Assembly: GCA_963745835.1 (NCBI GenBank)
Contig: CAVUZH010000013.1
Coordinates: forward strand, 576,001-640,000
From: an uncultured delta proteobacterium
Lineage (GTDB): Bacteria; Desulfobacterota; Binatia; UBA9968
Direction of reading: 5' to 3'
Length of the DNA stretch: 64,000 bases
Part shown: positions 50,362 through 59,032 of the stretch, in pieces
How the letters are laid out: the number at the start of each line of letters is the position of its first letter
How positions within the stretch are numbered: the first letter of the stretch is position 1
Translations under genes and position numbers: made by a program
The notes under the pieces: generated by a model
What the model was told of the DNA's origin: nothing
The model's input: the letters and a program-made list of their open reading frames with translations, nothing else
Database searches by the model: none

Positions 50362-51567
50362 ATGGAAGCAAGAGAGGAAAAGTCAGGATTGTCGGCAATT
50401 TGTCACGTCGGGCCGGGCACTGTCGGCGGTGAGATGTTCAGGTGCTACTGGCTGGCGATTTGTCGCGCCGAAGATTTAAAGGACATCCCTCGGGCGGTTA
50501 AAGTTCTGGGCGAGGAGTTAGTACTTTTCCGCGATGGCAACGGCCGCCTTGGGCTCGTGGGACTTCACTGCTCCCATCGGGGAACGTCGCTGGAATACGG
50601 TGACATCGAAGCCCGTGGAATCAGATGTCCCTATCACGGCTGGCTTTATGATGTCGACGGAAACTGTTTGGATCAGCCGCTCGAACCCAAGGGAAGCACC
50701 TTCTGTCAGAAGGTCAGACACTTAAGCTATCGGGTGCGAGAATCGGGCGGACTGCTCTTTGCCTACATGGGTGCCAAGGAGAGCGAACCTCCGCCCCTGC
50801 CGCGCTATTCGACACTGGTTCGCGACGACGGGGTACGGTTAGTGCTTCCACCGCGATATTGGGATTACAACTGGTTCAACTTTTTTGAAAATACCATCGA
50901 CTCTCTGCATGCCTTCTTCTTACACAAACCGAGTCGCGCTGATCGCTCCTGGGAAAACGCATTTTGGGATTATCCGGGCGATCATCATATCGAAGCGCTA
51001 CGAACGGAGTATGGGCTCAAGACGATCGTTCATTGGCCAGGCCCGACGCCGGACACACTTTATGTGCGGCTCACGAGCTTGGCCTTGCCGACGGTTTTTT
51101 CACTCGGCGGTCGCGGCGTGGAAGAAGAAGGGTTTGAACGATTGCTGTTTGTTACACCCGCCGATGACGACAATTTTATGGTCTTCAGTAGCGACTTTGT
51201 TCCGCGCGATAAGGCGGAAGTCATCAAGAAAAGAGATCAAACCCGTTATATTCCGCCGACCGCGGAGCCGGTAAAAGAATATGACAAGCGCAAGAATGTG
51301 CCCTATCGGGGTCAAGTGTGGAAAGAAGACTATATCTGTCAGTCCACACAAGGAAAAATCGGCTACCGTGACGAGCAATTGGCAACCTCCGATCGCGGCG
51401 TGATTCTGCTCCGCAGGATTCTCTTGGAAGCGATTGAAACCGTGCAAAGGGGCGGCGCACCCCAGGGGATTATTCCCAAAGAAAAAGAACATGAGATGAT
51501 TACTCTGGATGCTTTTCGGCGAATCCTTCCTCGCTCGGAACTGGATCAGGTCACGCGAGCAGCTTGA
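50362..51567 (+). CDS. Rieske non-heme iron oxygenase alpha subunit (phthalate 4,5-dioxygenase-like)
   Basis: Rieske motif CSHRG..CPYHGW; mononuclear Fe site ENTIDSLHAFFLH and ED; C-terminal EQLATSDRGVILLR. Confidence 0.92.
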   Translation: MEAREEKSGLSAICHVGPGTVGGEMFRCYWLAICRAEDLKDIPRAVKVLGEELVLFRDGNGRLGLVGLHCSHRGTSLEYGDIEARGIRCPYHGWLYDVDGNCLDQPLEPKGSTFCQKVRHLSYRVRESGGLLFAYMGAKESEPPPLPRYSTLVRDDGVRLVLPPRYWDYNWFNFFENTIDSLHAFFLHKPSRADRSWENAFWDYPGDHHIEALRTEYGLKTIVHWPGPTPDTLYVRLTSLALPTVFSLGGRGVEEEGFERLLFVTPADDDNFMVFSSDFVPRDKAEVIKKRDQTRYIPPTAEPVKEYDKRKNVPYRGQVWKEDYICQSTQGKIGYRDEQLATSDRGVILLRRILLEAIETVQRGGAPQGIIPKEKEHEMITLDAFRRILPRSELDQVTRAA

Positions 51568-51634
51568 TCCTGCCTTCATCCTACAGAATGCGTTATGGTG
51601 TTAAATTAAGAAAACATCTTTTGTGGAGGCGTAA

Positions 51635-52606
51635 ATGGTAAGTGCCGATGATGTGCAAGGGGTAATGGCGATGATGCCTGCGTTCTCAACGGACGAGGCC
51701 GGCGATCTTAATGCGACATCGACGGTAGCCGTTGACAATTTGCAGGCGGGCGTGGACCGAATAATCCGCGATGGGATCGACGTCATTACTACTACCGGTA
51801 GTTTCGGTGAGTGTTACAACGTGTTCTGGGACGAGTTTAAGACCATCGCATCAGCTACAGTTGAAGCCGCTAAGAAGCGTGTACCGGTTTTCATCGGCAG
51901 TACCAGCCCCAACGCACGAGAAGTGGTCCGGCGTCTCAAGTTCGTGCAAGACCTCGGCGCTGACGGTACATTGCTTGGCGTGCCCTACTATGATGCTCAA
52001 TCGCCAGACTATATCGCCGACTTTTATGCGCAGATTGCAGAAATGTTCCCAAAGTTGGGAATCCTGATTTACCACAACCCTGTCAATCACAAGGTTAAGA
52101 TTCCCGTCTCGGTGTTTCCGAAGTTGGTGAAGTATCGGAATATCATCGGTATGAAAGATAGCCATCGCGACACCCGTGAGTTCGTCAGACTTATCGATAT
52201 CATACGTGGCAAGATCAGTGTCATGACGAATCAAGCGCAGATGTTTCCATATTATAAGATGGGTGCGGCCGGTTGCTGGTCGATTGATGCGTGGATGGGC
52301 CCGTGGCCGGTGCTCTACCTACGTAACCTTGTTAGAGCAGGCAAAGACCAAGAAGCGCTTCAGGTCATTGCAGAAATCATGAGTGCCGCTGGTGGGGAGA
52401 GATCTGGGGGCAGTGAGGGGGCCACCGCCAAGCTGCCGATCGAGTACGCTGGATACGTCAAACCTGGCCCTGCGCGAACTCCGATCGTGAAGTTTCCAGA
52501 GACCGTTAGCGAACGCGCCAAGAAAAAAGCAGAAGGTTGGAAAAAACTTTGCGACAAGTATCGGCCGCTCGTAGAGGAAGAAAATAAGGTAAAAGCGGCG
52601 TCCTGA
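51635..52606 (+). CDS. DapA-family hydratase-aldolase, NahE/PhdJ-like
   Basis: GSFGEC, IYHNP and the Schiff-base Lys in GMKDS. The N-terminal MMPAFSTDEAGDLNATSTV and GADGTLLGVP segments resemble NahE as I recall it. Confidence 0.8.
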   Translation: MVSADDVQGVMAMMPAFSTDEAGDLNATSTVAVDNLQAGVDRIIRDGIDVITTTGSFGECYNVFWDEFKTIASATVEAAKKRVPVFIGSTSPNAREVVRRLKFVQDLGADGTLLGVPYYDAQSPDYIADFYAQIAEMFPKLGILIYHNPVNHKVKIPVSVFPKLVKYRNIIGMKDSHRDTREFVRLIDIIRGKISVMTNQAQMFPYYKMGAAGCWSIDAWMGPWPVLYLRNLVRAGKDQEALQVIAEIMSAAGGERSGGSEGATAKLPIEYAGYVKPGPARTPIVKFPETVSERAKKKAEGWKKLCDKYRPLVEEENKVKAAS

Positions 52607-52789
52607 AGTCTTCAGTTGGTCGGGGCCCGCGCCTCTCCACTTACTCCCGCTTTCTTCACTAGCCGTTGTCATTTACTGGAGTTTGTCAACTTGATCAACT
52701 ACAATCCCACATCACTGCACACGCATGCTGCGGGCGCTGCGCAACGCGAATTTGTTTTTTGCAAATTGAGCGCTAGATCAGTGCCGGGT

Positions 52790-52993
52790 TAGTGGAAAAC
52801 CTCTTGAAGCTCGACGCCGGTCGCCGAGCGGTTCTATACTCCCTACCGCGAGCAGTTTAATCCCGATCTCAGGGTACCCGACGCGGTGGTCGAAGAATGG
52901 ATTTCCGTGGGAATGTTTAGAGCAAAGAAAAAATCACCGCCAAGCCGCAACAGGTCGTCGATTGGACGTTTGCCGAAAGAGCCCGACGCTGAT
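52790..52993 (+). pseudogene. Orphan 3' fragment of an NMT1-type binding protein gene
   Basis: AERFYTPYREQFNPDLRVPDAVVEEW...KPQQVVDWTFAERARR*, with frameshifts. Confidence 0.5.
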
Positions 52994-53255
52994 CATTGAA
53001 AGTAAAGACCTGACCCCAAAGCACAACGTCAAAAAGCAAGACTTGACCGGAGCCTGACATTCGCTACCCCCGAAGCACGAGCCCAATCTTCTTTCTCTGC
53101 TGATACTGACGATTCATCTTGATTGCGTCTCTAGGACTACACCTTAATTTAATTGTATCTAATTGAACGATCGGTGGGGTAAATAGGATCCACCAGCTTT
53201 CGCATTCGGTAAGAAATCTGATAAGAGACGCTGATCAACTTGAGGAGAGCGGAGA

Positions 53256-53747
53256 ATGGCCAAAGAGACTAAGTCGGCGGTGACAATGAGGGTTCGGGTT
53301 GGTGACAGCGAATTGGAAGTAAGTGGGCCAAAAGAGTTTGTCGAGGAAAAGATTGACGAATTCTTGAAAAAGTCTCGACAGACGGTCGTGACCCCTTCCC
53401 ACCAGCATTCGACGTCGCTCGCCGAATCAGTCGAGACCACGGTAAGGAAGATGTCACTGGCTCAATTTTTTAAGAAAACTAGCCCGCAAACAGACAATGA
53501 TCGTGTTCTTTTGGCCGCATATTTTAGAGAAAAAATGCAAAATGCTGAGAATTCCACAGCGGCTGAGATTCGAGACATGATTAGAGATGCGAAGCGCCCT
53601 CCGCCGAAGAATACGAGCGATGCAGTAAATCAAAATATAAAAAAGGGCCTGCTTATGGCGGCTGGTGACCGCGACAACAAGATGGCGTTTGTTGTAACTA
53701 CGGATGGTGAGGAATCAGTCGCTGAAATGCTTGAATCCACAAAATAG
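53256..53747 (+). CDS. Hypothetical protein with a small N-terminal beta domain and a C-terminal winged-helix-like domain
   Basis: Strong GAGGAG RBS; VRVGDSELEVSG..FVEEKI; SLAQFF...AAYF..TAAEI..NTSDAVNQNIKKGLL..FVVTTDGE. Confidence 0.75.
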   Translation: MAKETKSAVTMRVRVGDSELEVSGPKEFVEEKIDEFLKKSRQTVVTPSHQHSTSLAESVETTVRKMSLAQFFKKTSPQTDNDRVLLAAYFREKMQNAENSTAAEIRDMIRDAKRPPPKNTSDAVNQNIKKGLLMAAGDRDNKMAFVVTTDGEESVAEMLESTK

Positions 53748-53753
53748 CTGCTT

Positions 53754-54599
53754 GTGGACGCCTCTGCTTTCGATCCTTTCAGATCTGAACTGCGAGCGCT
53801 TAGTCAGGCCGTTGCCAGCCTGGAACCCAAAACCATACGCAACGTAGACCTTCGCGAACGATTCCGAACGGTCTTTCGTGTTTGGATTACTAACGTCGAG
53901 CCGGGCTTACGAACGACTGTTTCAAATACGCGCGACCTAGTCAAACTGTCGGCAGAACTTGAAAGACTAGCTCAGCTCACATCAAAAATTAAGCCGGTCT
54001 CTGAATATCGAAAGCGATTGCGGCGAGCGATCGAACTGGCCGACGGGTTAGTGCTTTATTTACCCGCGAGCGGTGACACTAAACACCCAACGATTGGGCC
54101 ACGCCATGAGCTGTTTATTCCAAGTATTCCGGATCTGCCGCTGAGTTTAGTCCCAAATCCGATCGTCGGGTGGCGAAGTAAGTTGGAAACGTTTTTGAGG
54201 GAGCACCCCTTTGAGAAATCCGTCTTCATCATGATCCGCTACCGTAAGCGCAATGCTTCTTTGATAAAGGCTGTAAAAAACATCCTGCGAGAGCACGATC
54301 TGTTCGGCGTTCTTGCGTCAGATCACACGTTAACAGATGATCTTTACAATCCAATTGCGTGCCTACTTTGTTGCGCTCGTGGAATTGCCATTTTTGATCA
54401 AGGTGAGACCGATCAGCAGTTCAATCCGAATGTGGCGTACGAATTGGGGATGCTGCACTTGCTCAGTCGACCTTGTTTGATTTTGAAGCATAGGAGTCTG
54501 CAAAGCCTTCAAACGGACATTCTAATGAAGCTATACCAGCCTTATGCGACATTAAAGGAAGCTGCAAATTTTGTTTCCAAGTGGTCACAGCCCGATTGA
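53754..54599 (+). CDS. Hypothetical protein with a C-terminal nucleoside 2-deoxyribosyltransferase/TIR-like domain
   Basis: SVFIMIRY...GIAIFD..FNPNVAYELG..PCLILK...TDI; starts 6 nt after the preceding gene. Confidence 0.75.
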   Translation: MDASAFDPFRSELRALSQAVASLEPKTIRNVDLRERFRTVFRVWITNVEPGLRTTVSNTRDLVKLSAELERLAQLTSKIKPVSEYRKRLRRAIELADGLVLYLPASGDTKHPTIGPRHELFIPSIPDLPLSLVPNPIVGWRSKLETFLREHPFEKSVFIMIRYRKRNASLIKAVKNILREHDLFGVLASDHTLTDDLYNPIACLLCCARGIAIFDQGETDQQFNPNVAYELGMLHLLSRPCLILKHRSLQSLQTDILMKLYQPYATLKEAANFVSKWSQPD

Positions 54600-54780
54600 C
54601 CTATATAGCAGGTTGCGTAATCTCACCAATGTCTCTCTCGACAGCAGTGTTGCGCAAAAAGAAGCTTTGGATCGAACATTGGTAATGCCTGAGTATTTAA
54701 TCATTCTTCTGACTCGCCCTGTGCAGGGGGTTCCTTCGAGACGTCTCTGGCGTGAACCCTGCGGTAGGACGACGCGAACG

Positions 54781-54839
54781 CGTGGGATATGGGATATTAT
54801 GGGATATGGGATATTAGGGACGTGGGATATTAGGGACGC
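54781..54839 (+). repeat. Stuttered micro-repeats at the left end of the Y1 element
   Basis: CGTGGGATATGGGATATTATGGGATATGGGATATTAGGGACGTGGGATATTAGGGACGC. Confidence 0.9.
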
Positions 54840-55882
54840 TGTTGACTAACTGGACAAACTAGAATAGAGAGGGAGAGAATCGATAAGGGCTACACCGTAT
54901 GCCGAGGCAGGCTAGACTGGATAGTCCCGGGACACTGCACCATGTAATGATCCGAGGGATTGAAAAGAAGCGGATCGTCGTTGACGAGCAAGACCGAAAA
55001 GACTTTGTGCGCCGATTGGGTTTATTGGCCGTGGAAACGAAGACGGCGGTCTATGCATGGGCGTTGATGAGTAACCATGCTCATTTGCTGGTTTGCAGCG
55101 GGACTGCGGGGTTAGCCAAGTTTATGCGGCGATTTTTGACCGGTTACGCGGTGAGTTACAACCTGCGCCATCGCCGCCAGGGTCATCTTTTTCAGAACCG
55201 TTACAAATCGATGGTGTGCGACGGCGACAGCTATTTCACCGAGCTGGTGCGCTACATCCACTTAAATCCGTTAAGAGTGGAGTTGGTAAAGGATTTGAGG
55301 CAACTGGAGAGATATCCCTATTGTGGACATGGAACAATCTTGGGAGCGCAATCAAACGCCTGGCAAGACCGCGACAGCGTGTTGGCCCAATTTAGCCAAC
55401 GCGAAGCGGAAGCGAAGGAGGCATACCGGCGCTATATTGCCGAAGGAGTCGTGCTGGGGCGGCGGCCGGAGCTGGTTGGGGGGAGTGGATCGGTTGGCGA
55501 ATGGTTTGCGGTGAAATCCCAGCGGCGACGCAGGATTGAAGAGTCAACTGATGAGCGGATTTTGGGCAGCGGAGCATTCGTAAAGCGTGTTCTAAAAGAA
55601 GCAGATGCGCGGACACTCCGGCAAAACGCCTTCAAGAAAACCAAACGCTATGCGGAGCGTGTCGTTGCCGCGACCTGCAAGAAAGACGGCATATCGCTAA
55701 CAGAACTCCGAAGCGGGAGCCGCCGTGGGAAACTGCCCGCCGTGAGAGTGAAGATCGTTCAGGGGCTTGTGGAGGATTATGGCGTGCCGATCGCCGAGGT
55801 CGCTCGCCAAGTGGGTATCTCGACATCTGGAGTTTCAAAGATTCTGACACGAAGTTTGTCCAGCTAGTCAACAGCGTCCCTA
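54831..55882 (+). mobile_element. Y1/HUH transposase element bounded by 30-bp inverted repeats
   Basis: Left end TAGGGACGCTGTTGACTAACTGGACAAACT (54831-54860) and right end AGTTTGTCCAGCTAGTCAACAGCGTCCCTA (55853-55882) are 29/30 complementary. Confidence 0.85.
54899..55867 (+). CDS. REP-associated/IS200-like tyrosine (Y1) transposase with a C-terminal DnaA_C-like HTH
   Basis: Motifs MPRQARLD..HHVMIRG, NHAHL (HUH), GHLFQNRYKS, VRYIHLNP (catalytic Tyr), and C-terminal IAEVARQVGISTSGVSK. Confidence 0.93.
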   Translation: MPRQARLDSPGTLHHVMIRGIEKKRIVVDEQDRKDFVRRLGLLAVETKTAVYAWALMSNHAHLLVCSGTAGLAKFMRRFLTGYAVSYNLRHRRQGHLFQNRYKSMVCDGDSYFTELVRYIHLNPLRVELVKDLRQLERYPYCGHGTILGAQSNAWQDRDSVLAQFSQREAEAKEAYRRYIAEGVVLGRRPELVGGSGSVGEWFAVKSQRRRRIEESTDERILGSGAFVKRVLKEADARTLRQNAFKKTKRYAERVVAATCKKDGISLTELRSGSRRGKLPAVRVKIVQGLVEDYGVPIAEVARQVGISTSGVSKILTRSLSS

Positions 55883-56115
55883 GCTCACTCAATTTGCTGT
55901 TTTCGGCAAACGTTAAAGGACAGTGTCTCGGTTCACAAATTCCTTGCCGGCCGTACTTACACGTGCCGTGGTGGCCAGAAGCCCATGCTTTGCACTACGT
56001 CTGCCCAAGCCTTTCCATCAGGAAAAACTTGACATCTCTCCCGGTCCTGCGATATGGGTTCGGCCTATAAAAAACGTCGTTTAAATTCTATTCATTCGAC
56101 GAGGCGCATCACACG

Positions 56116-56622
56116 ATGACACACACGATCGAAGCGCATCCGCTGCCGGCTCCAACGCGCGCGCCGGTGTTCAAGGGCATCACACTTGCCGTTCTCCTCG
56201 TCGTGATCGCCGGCTGCGCCACTGGCGACGTCGGGACCAAGACGGCGGTCGGGGGACTGGGCGGGGCAGCGCTCGGTGGCCTCATCGCGAGCGCCGCAGG
56301 AGGCGGGGGTACGGCCATCGCCGCGGGCGTGGTCGGAGGCGCCCTGGTCGGTGGGCTCGTGGGCAGCATGCTCGACGAGCGAGACAAGCGTATGGTGGCG
56401 GAAAGCCAAAAACGCGCGCTGGAAACGACCCCGTCGGGCCAGAGCGTGGCGTGGAACAACCCCGACAGCGGTCGTTCCGGCTCCGTGACACCCATCCGAA
56501 CGTATCAGTCCGGCGGGACCTACTGCCGCGAGTATCAACAGACCGTGACCATTGGGGGCAAGCAGGAACAGTCGTACGGGACGGCGTGCCGTCAGCCCGA
56601 TGGCAGCTGGAAGGTGGGCTGA
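56116..56622 (+). CDS. Glycine-zipper lipoprotein of the 17-kDa surface antigen (RT0821/Lpp0805) family
   Basis: Lipobox IAGC, a glycine zipper, [16 protein letters not shown] and [12 protein letters not shown]. Confidence 0.92.
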   Translation: MTHTIEAHPLPAPTRAPVFKGITLAVLLVVIAGCATGDVGTKTAVGGLGGAALGGLIASAAGGGGTAIAAGVVGGALVGGLVGSMLDERDKRMVAESQKRALETTPSGQSVAWNNPDSGRSGSVTPIRTYQSGGTYCREYQQTVTIGGKQEQSYGTACRQPDGSWKVG

Positions 56623-56623
56623 G

Positions 56624-57049
56624 ATGGTCCGCCGACTCGTGCCCGGGGCGCGTCCCTGGTGGTGGCCGAGCCTCGCCGTCCTCTCCCTGGTCGTCATGGC
56701 CGCGTTCTCGGCGTCCGCCCAGGCGCCCGGGCCATCCGACTTGGGCCAGATCTTCAAGGACCATGATCGGAACAGCGACCGCACGCTCGACCGGGAGGAG
56801 TTTCACCTCATGATCGTCGAGGCGTTCTTCTTTCGCGATCGCGACAAGGACGGCTACCTGGTCATCGTGGAGCTGACCGAGCTGAGCGCCGAAGGCTTCC
56901 GAGCGGCCGACCGGGATGGTGACGGCCGGCTCTCCCTGCAAGAATATGGTAACGCACTCTTCAAGGATTTCGATTCCGCCGATCGCGATACGGACGGCGT
57001 GCTCACCTACGAGGAGATCGAGATCTACATCCGCACCACGCGCCGCTGA
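56624..57049 (+). CDS. Secreted EF-hand calcium-binding protein
   Basis: Signal peptide and four EF loops: [48 protein letters not shown]. Confidence 0.88.
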   Translation: MVRRLVPGARPWWWPSLAVLSLVVMAAFSASAQAPGPSDLGQIFKDHDRNSDRTLDREEFHLMIVEAFFFRDRDKDGYLVIVELTELSAEGFRAADRDGDGRLSLQEYGNALFKDFDSADRDTDGVLTYEEIEIYIRTTRR

Positions 57050-57094
57050 GGGCACCCGCCGAGAACTGCTTCCCAAGAGACCAAACAAGCTCAG

Positions 57095-57610
57095 GGGCCC
57101 AGGCGACAGCGGCAAGACGGGATCTTTGCGATCCAATGCTTGAATCGCGGTTTTCTCATCGACAGAGAATATTGCCGCGTGTTGAGGAGGATTCAAATAC
57201 AACCGATAATGTCGGCGCCTTGCTCTCAAAATCAGCATCCTGGCTTGCCATGTAACGCTCAAGGCGATGCGGTTTGAGCCGTGCTTGGTCCACACCGCGC
57301 AACGCTCATGTGCGAAACATCACCGAATTGAGCCGACAGCTTGCGACTGCTCCAGTGAGTAGAGCCATCCACGGGCTTTCTCTGGGTGGTCCATTTAAGA
57401 ATGCGGGCCTCCTGGTCGTTCGCTGCCACGGCGGCGCTCGGCCTGCATGGCGCGAGTAAAGTCCGGCCAAGCGCTCAGCAACAAATCGGCTCTTCCACGA
57501 GCGATGAAATTGGTGTCGCAGTCCAGTTTCTCGCGAATCGAGCCGTAACGCTCGCCATCGGCGAGCAACAAGATCAACCGCGCCCGTCGGGCTTGCGCAG
57601 CATCGCGCGA
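57095..57610 (-). pseudogene. IS630-family transposase remnant
   Basis: Pieces ARRARLILLLADG, RFVAERLAGLYSRHAGR and [35 protein letters not shown] lie in different frames. Confidence 0.8.
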
Positions 57611-57904
57611 TTGACCTCGCTACCCATCGATTCAATTCTTGTCGCTCGCTCGTTTCAATGTGATTTTATCCATCAAAGCTTAGACGCTTTTCATGGTTAC
57701 AATTCACTAGCTGCGCGTCGTGCTGAGATCCTCGAGTTGCTAGAGTCTAATTGGTTCTTCTGCAGGCCTTTCCGCGATTCCGCAATCACACAAAAAAATG
57801 AATCCGAGTCCGTGCATAGTCCGTGCGCTCCATCACAACGGGACCCAAAGCGATCATCCTAAATATCAGCTTTCCCTCGTACGAGAAATATTACGGCATC
57901 GGAC

Positions 57905-58090
57905 GGGGTTAGCTCTTGGGGTGCCACATCAGTGCTGATAAAAAACATTCTACCTATAGCACGACCCTCCGACTTGAATTTGCCGGTGCCATCTACCATC
58001 TGACCGGCGGGCAACGCACGCCAGAAATTGTTTTTTACTGATGCCGACCGAGAGCTATTTCTGAGTACTCTAGCCGCGGTTGTCAGGTGC
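57905..58090 (+). pseudogene. Y1 transposase left end and 5' remnant, paralogous to 5127-5305
   Basis: TGCCACATC end motif, LRLEFAGAIYHLT, and the shared CCGACCGAGAGCTATTTCTGAGTACT. Confidence 0.75.
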
Positions 58091-58161
58091 GCGGCGGCTC
58101 ATTTCGGATGGCAGCAAATGATGTTGTTATTTTCAATATCTGACAAAGATGCGATAAATGT

Positions 58162-58800
58162 TCACTTGAACGCATCCTGCGCTGCGTGTTTCGCTAATTC
58201 AACAATTGAAGGCTCTGCTTTTGCGATGGATCCAGAATCGAAAGGCGGTTTTGGATCGTATTCGATAATCAATTGAATGGTCTTCGCCATCTCCGGTCCT
58301 GAGACCTCCTGCGCAAGGTGAAGAGCCATATCAATGCCCGAGGAAACCCCAGCCGCGGTGATGATTTTTCCTTGCCGAACAACTCGCTCACTCAGGTACT
58401 GAGCTCCGAACTTCTCCAGAACATCTCGGGCATACCAATGCGTTGTTGCCTGCAGCCCTTTTAAAAGCCCTGCCGCGCCGAGTATTAGTGATCCGGTGCA
58501 GACAGAGGTAGTCCACTTCGAAGTTTCGTGTGCTTTTCTAAGCCAGGAGAGTATGCGCGGATCTTCGGCCGCGACCATCGTTCCCTTTGTTCCCCCCGAA
58601 ACCACAATGATTTCAGGATCCGAGATATCATTCAGCGTGTAATCTGCCATAACAGAAAGAAAGTTCGTATGCGCTCGCTTCGGACCGAGTTCGGTAGAAA
58701 CAAAGTGGACCTTTGCTCCCGGTAAACAACTCAGGACTTCATAAGGACCGACCGCATCGAGCGCGGTGAAACCATCGTAGATCAAAATCGCAATCTTCAT
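58162..58800 (-). CDS. DJ-1/PfpI family protein, copy 2 (protein identical to 5602-6240)
   Basis: Identical 212-aa translation; I counted 3 synonymous nucleotide differences. Confidence 0.92.
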   Translation of the reverse strand: MKIAILIYDGFTALDAVGPYEVLSCLPGAKVHFVSTELGPKRAHTNFLSVMADYTLNDISDPEIIVVSGGTKGTMVAAEDPRILSWLRKAHETSKWTTSVCTGSLILGAAGLLKGLQATTHWYARDVLEKFGAQYLSERVVRQGKIITAAGVSSGIDMALHLAQEVSGPEMAKTIQLIIEYDPKPPFDSGSIAKAEPSIVELAKHAAQDAFK

Positions 58801-59032
58801 GAATCCTCCTTAAGAAAACCATTGTACTGTAACAGACGATACTCGGGATTGGATGGTCGAAAAATTCCAACTGGGCAAAAGTAAAACTCAGCGCTGCTCT
58901 TCGCCGGCAACTCGATGATTCAGGAGATGACGCGCTCGAGATTGTTGGCGAGGGATGTCGCGTCAGTCATCATGCCTGTTGCCAGATACGCTGCCGGCGT
59001 GAATCCTTCAACGGTAGAGATCGAGCGTGTGG

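Noticed and set aside
54723-54762. Hairpin GCAGGGGGTTC...GAACCCTGC upstream of the Y1 element as its REP
   Set aside because: It is a single copy in the window with no GTAG/GGAG-type REP tetranucleotide at its foot, and cannot be told apart from a terminator-like hairpin.
54781-54840. Possible CRISPR array or ordinary microsatellite
   Set aside because: Units are 7-16 bp with no spacers, and there are no cas genes in the window. The tract is better explained as a stutter of the element junction.
56092-57295. Long minus-strand ORFs 56092-56784 and 56282-57295
   Set aside because: They are antisense shadows of the GC-rich lipoprotein and EF-hand genes. Only the stretch around 57095-57210 is real IS630 remnant.
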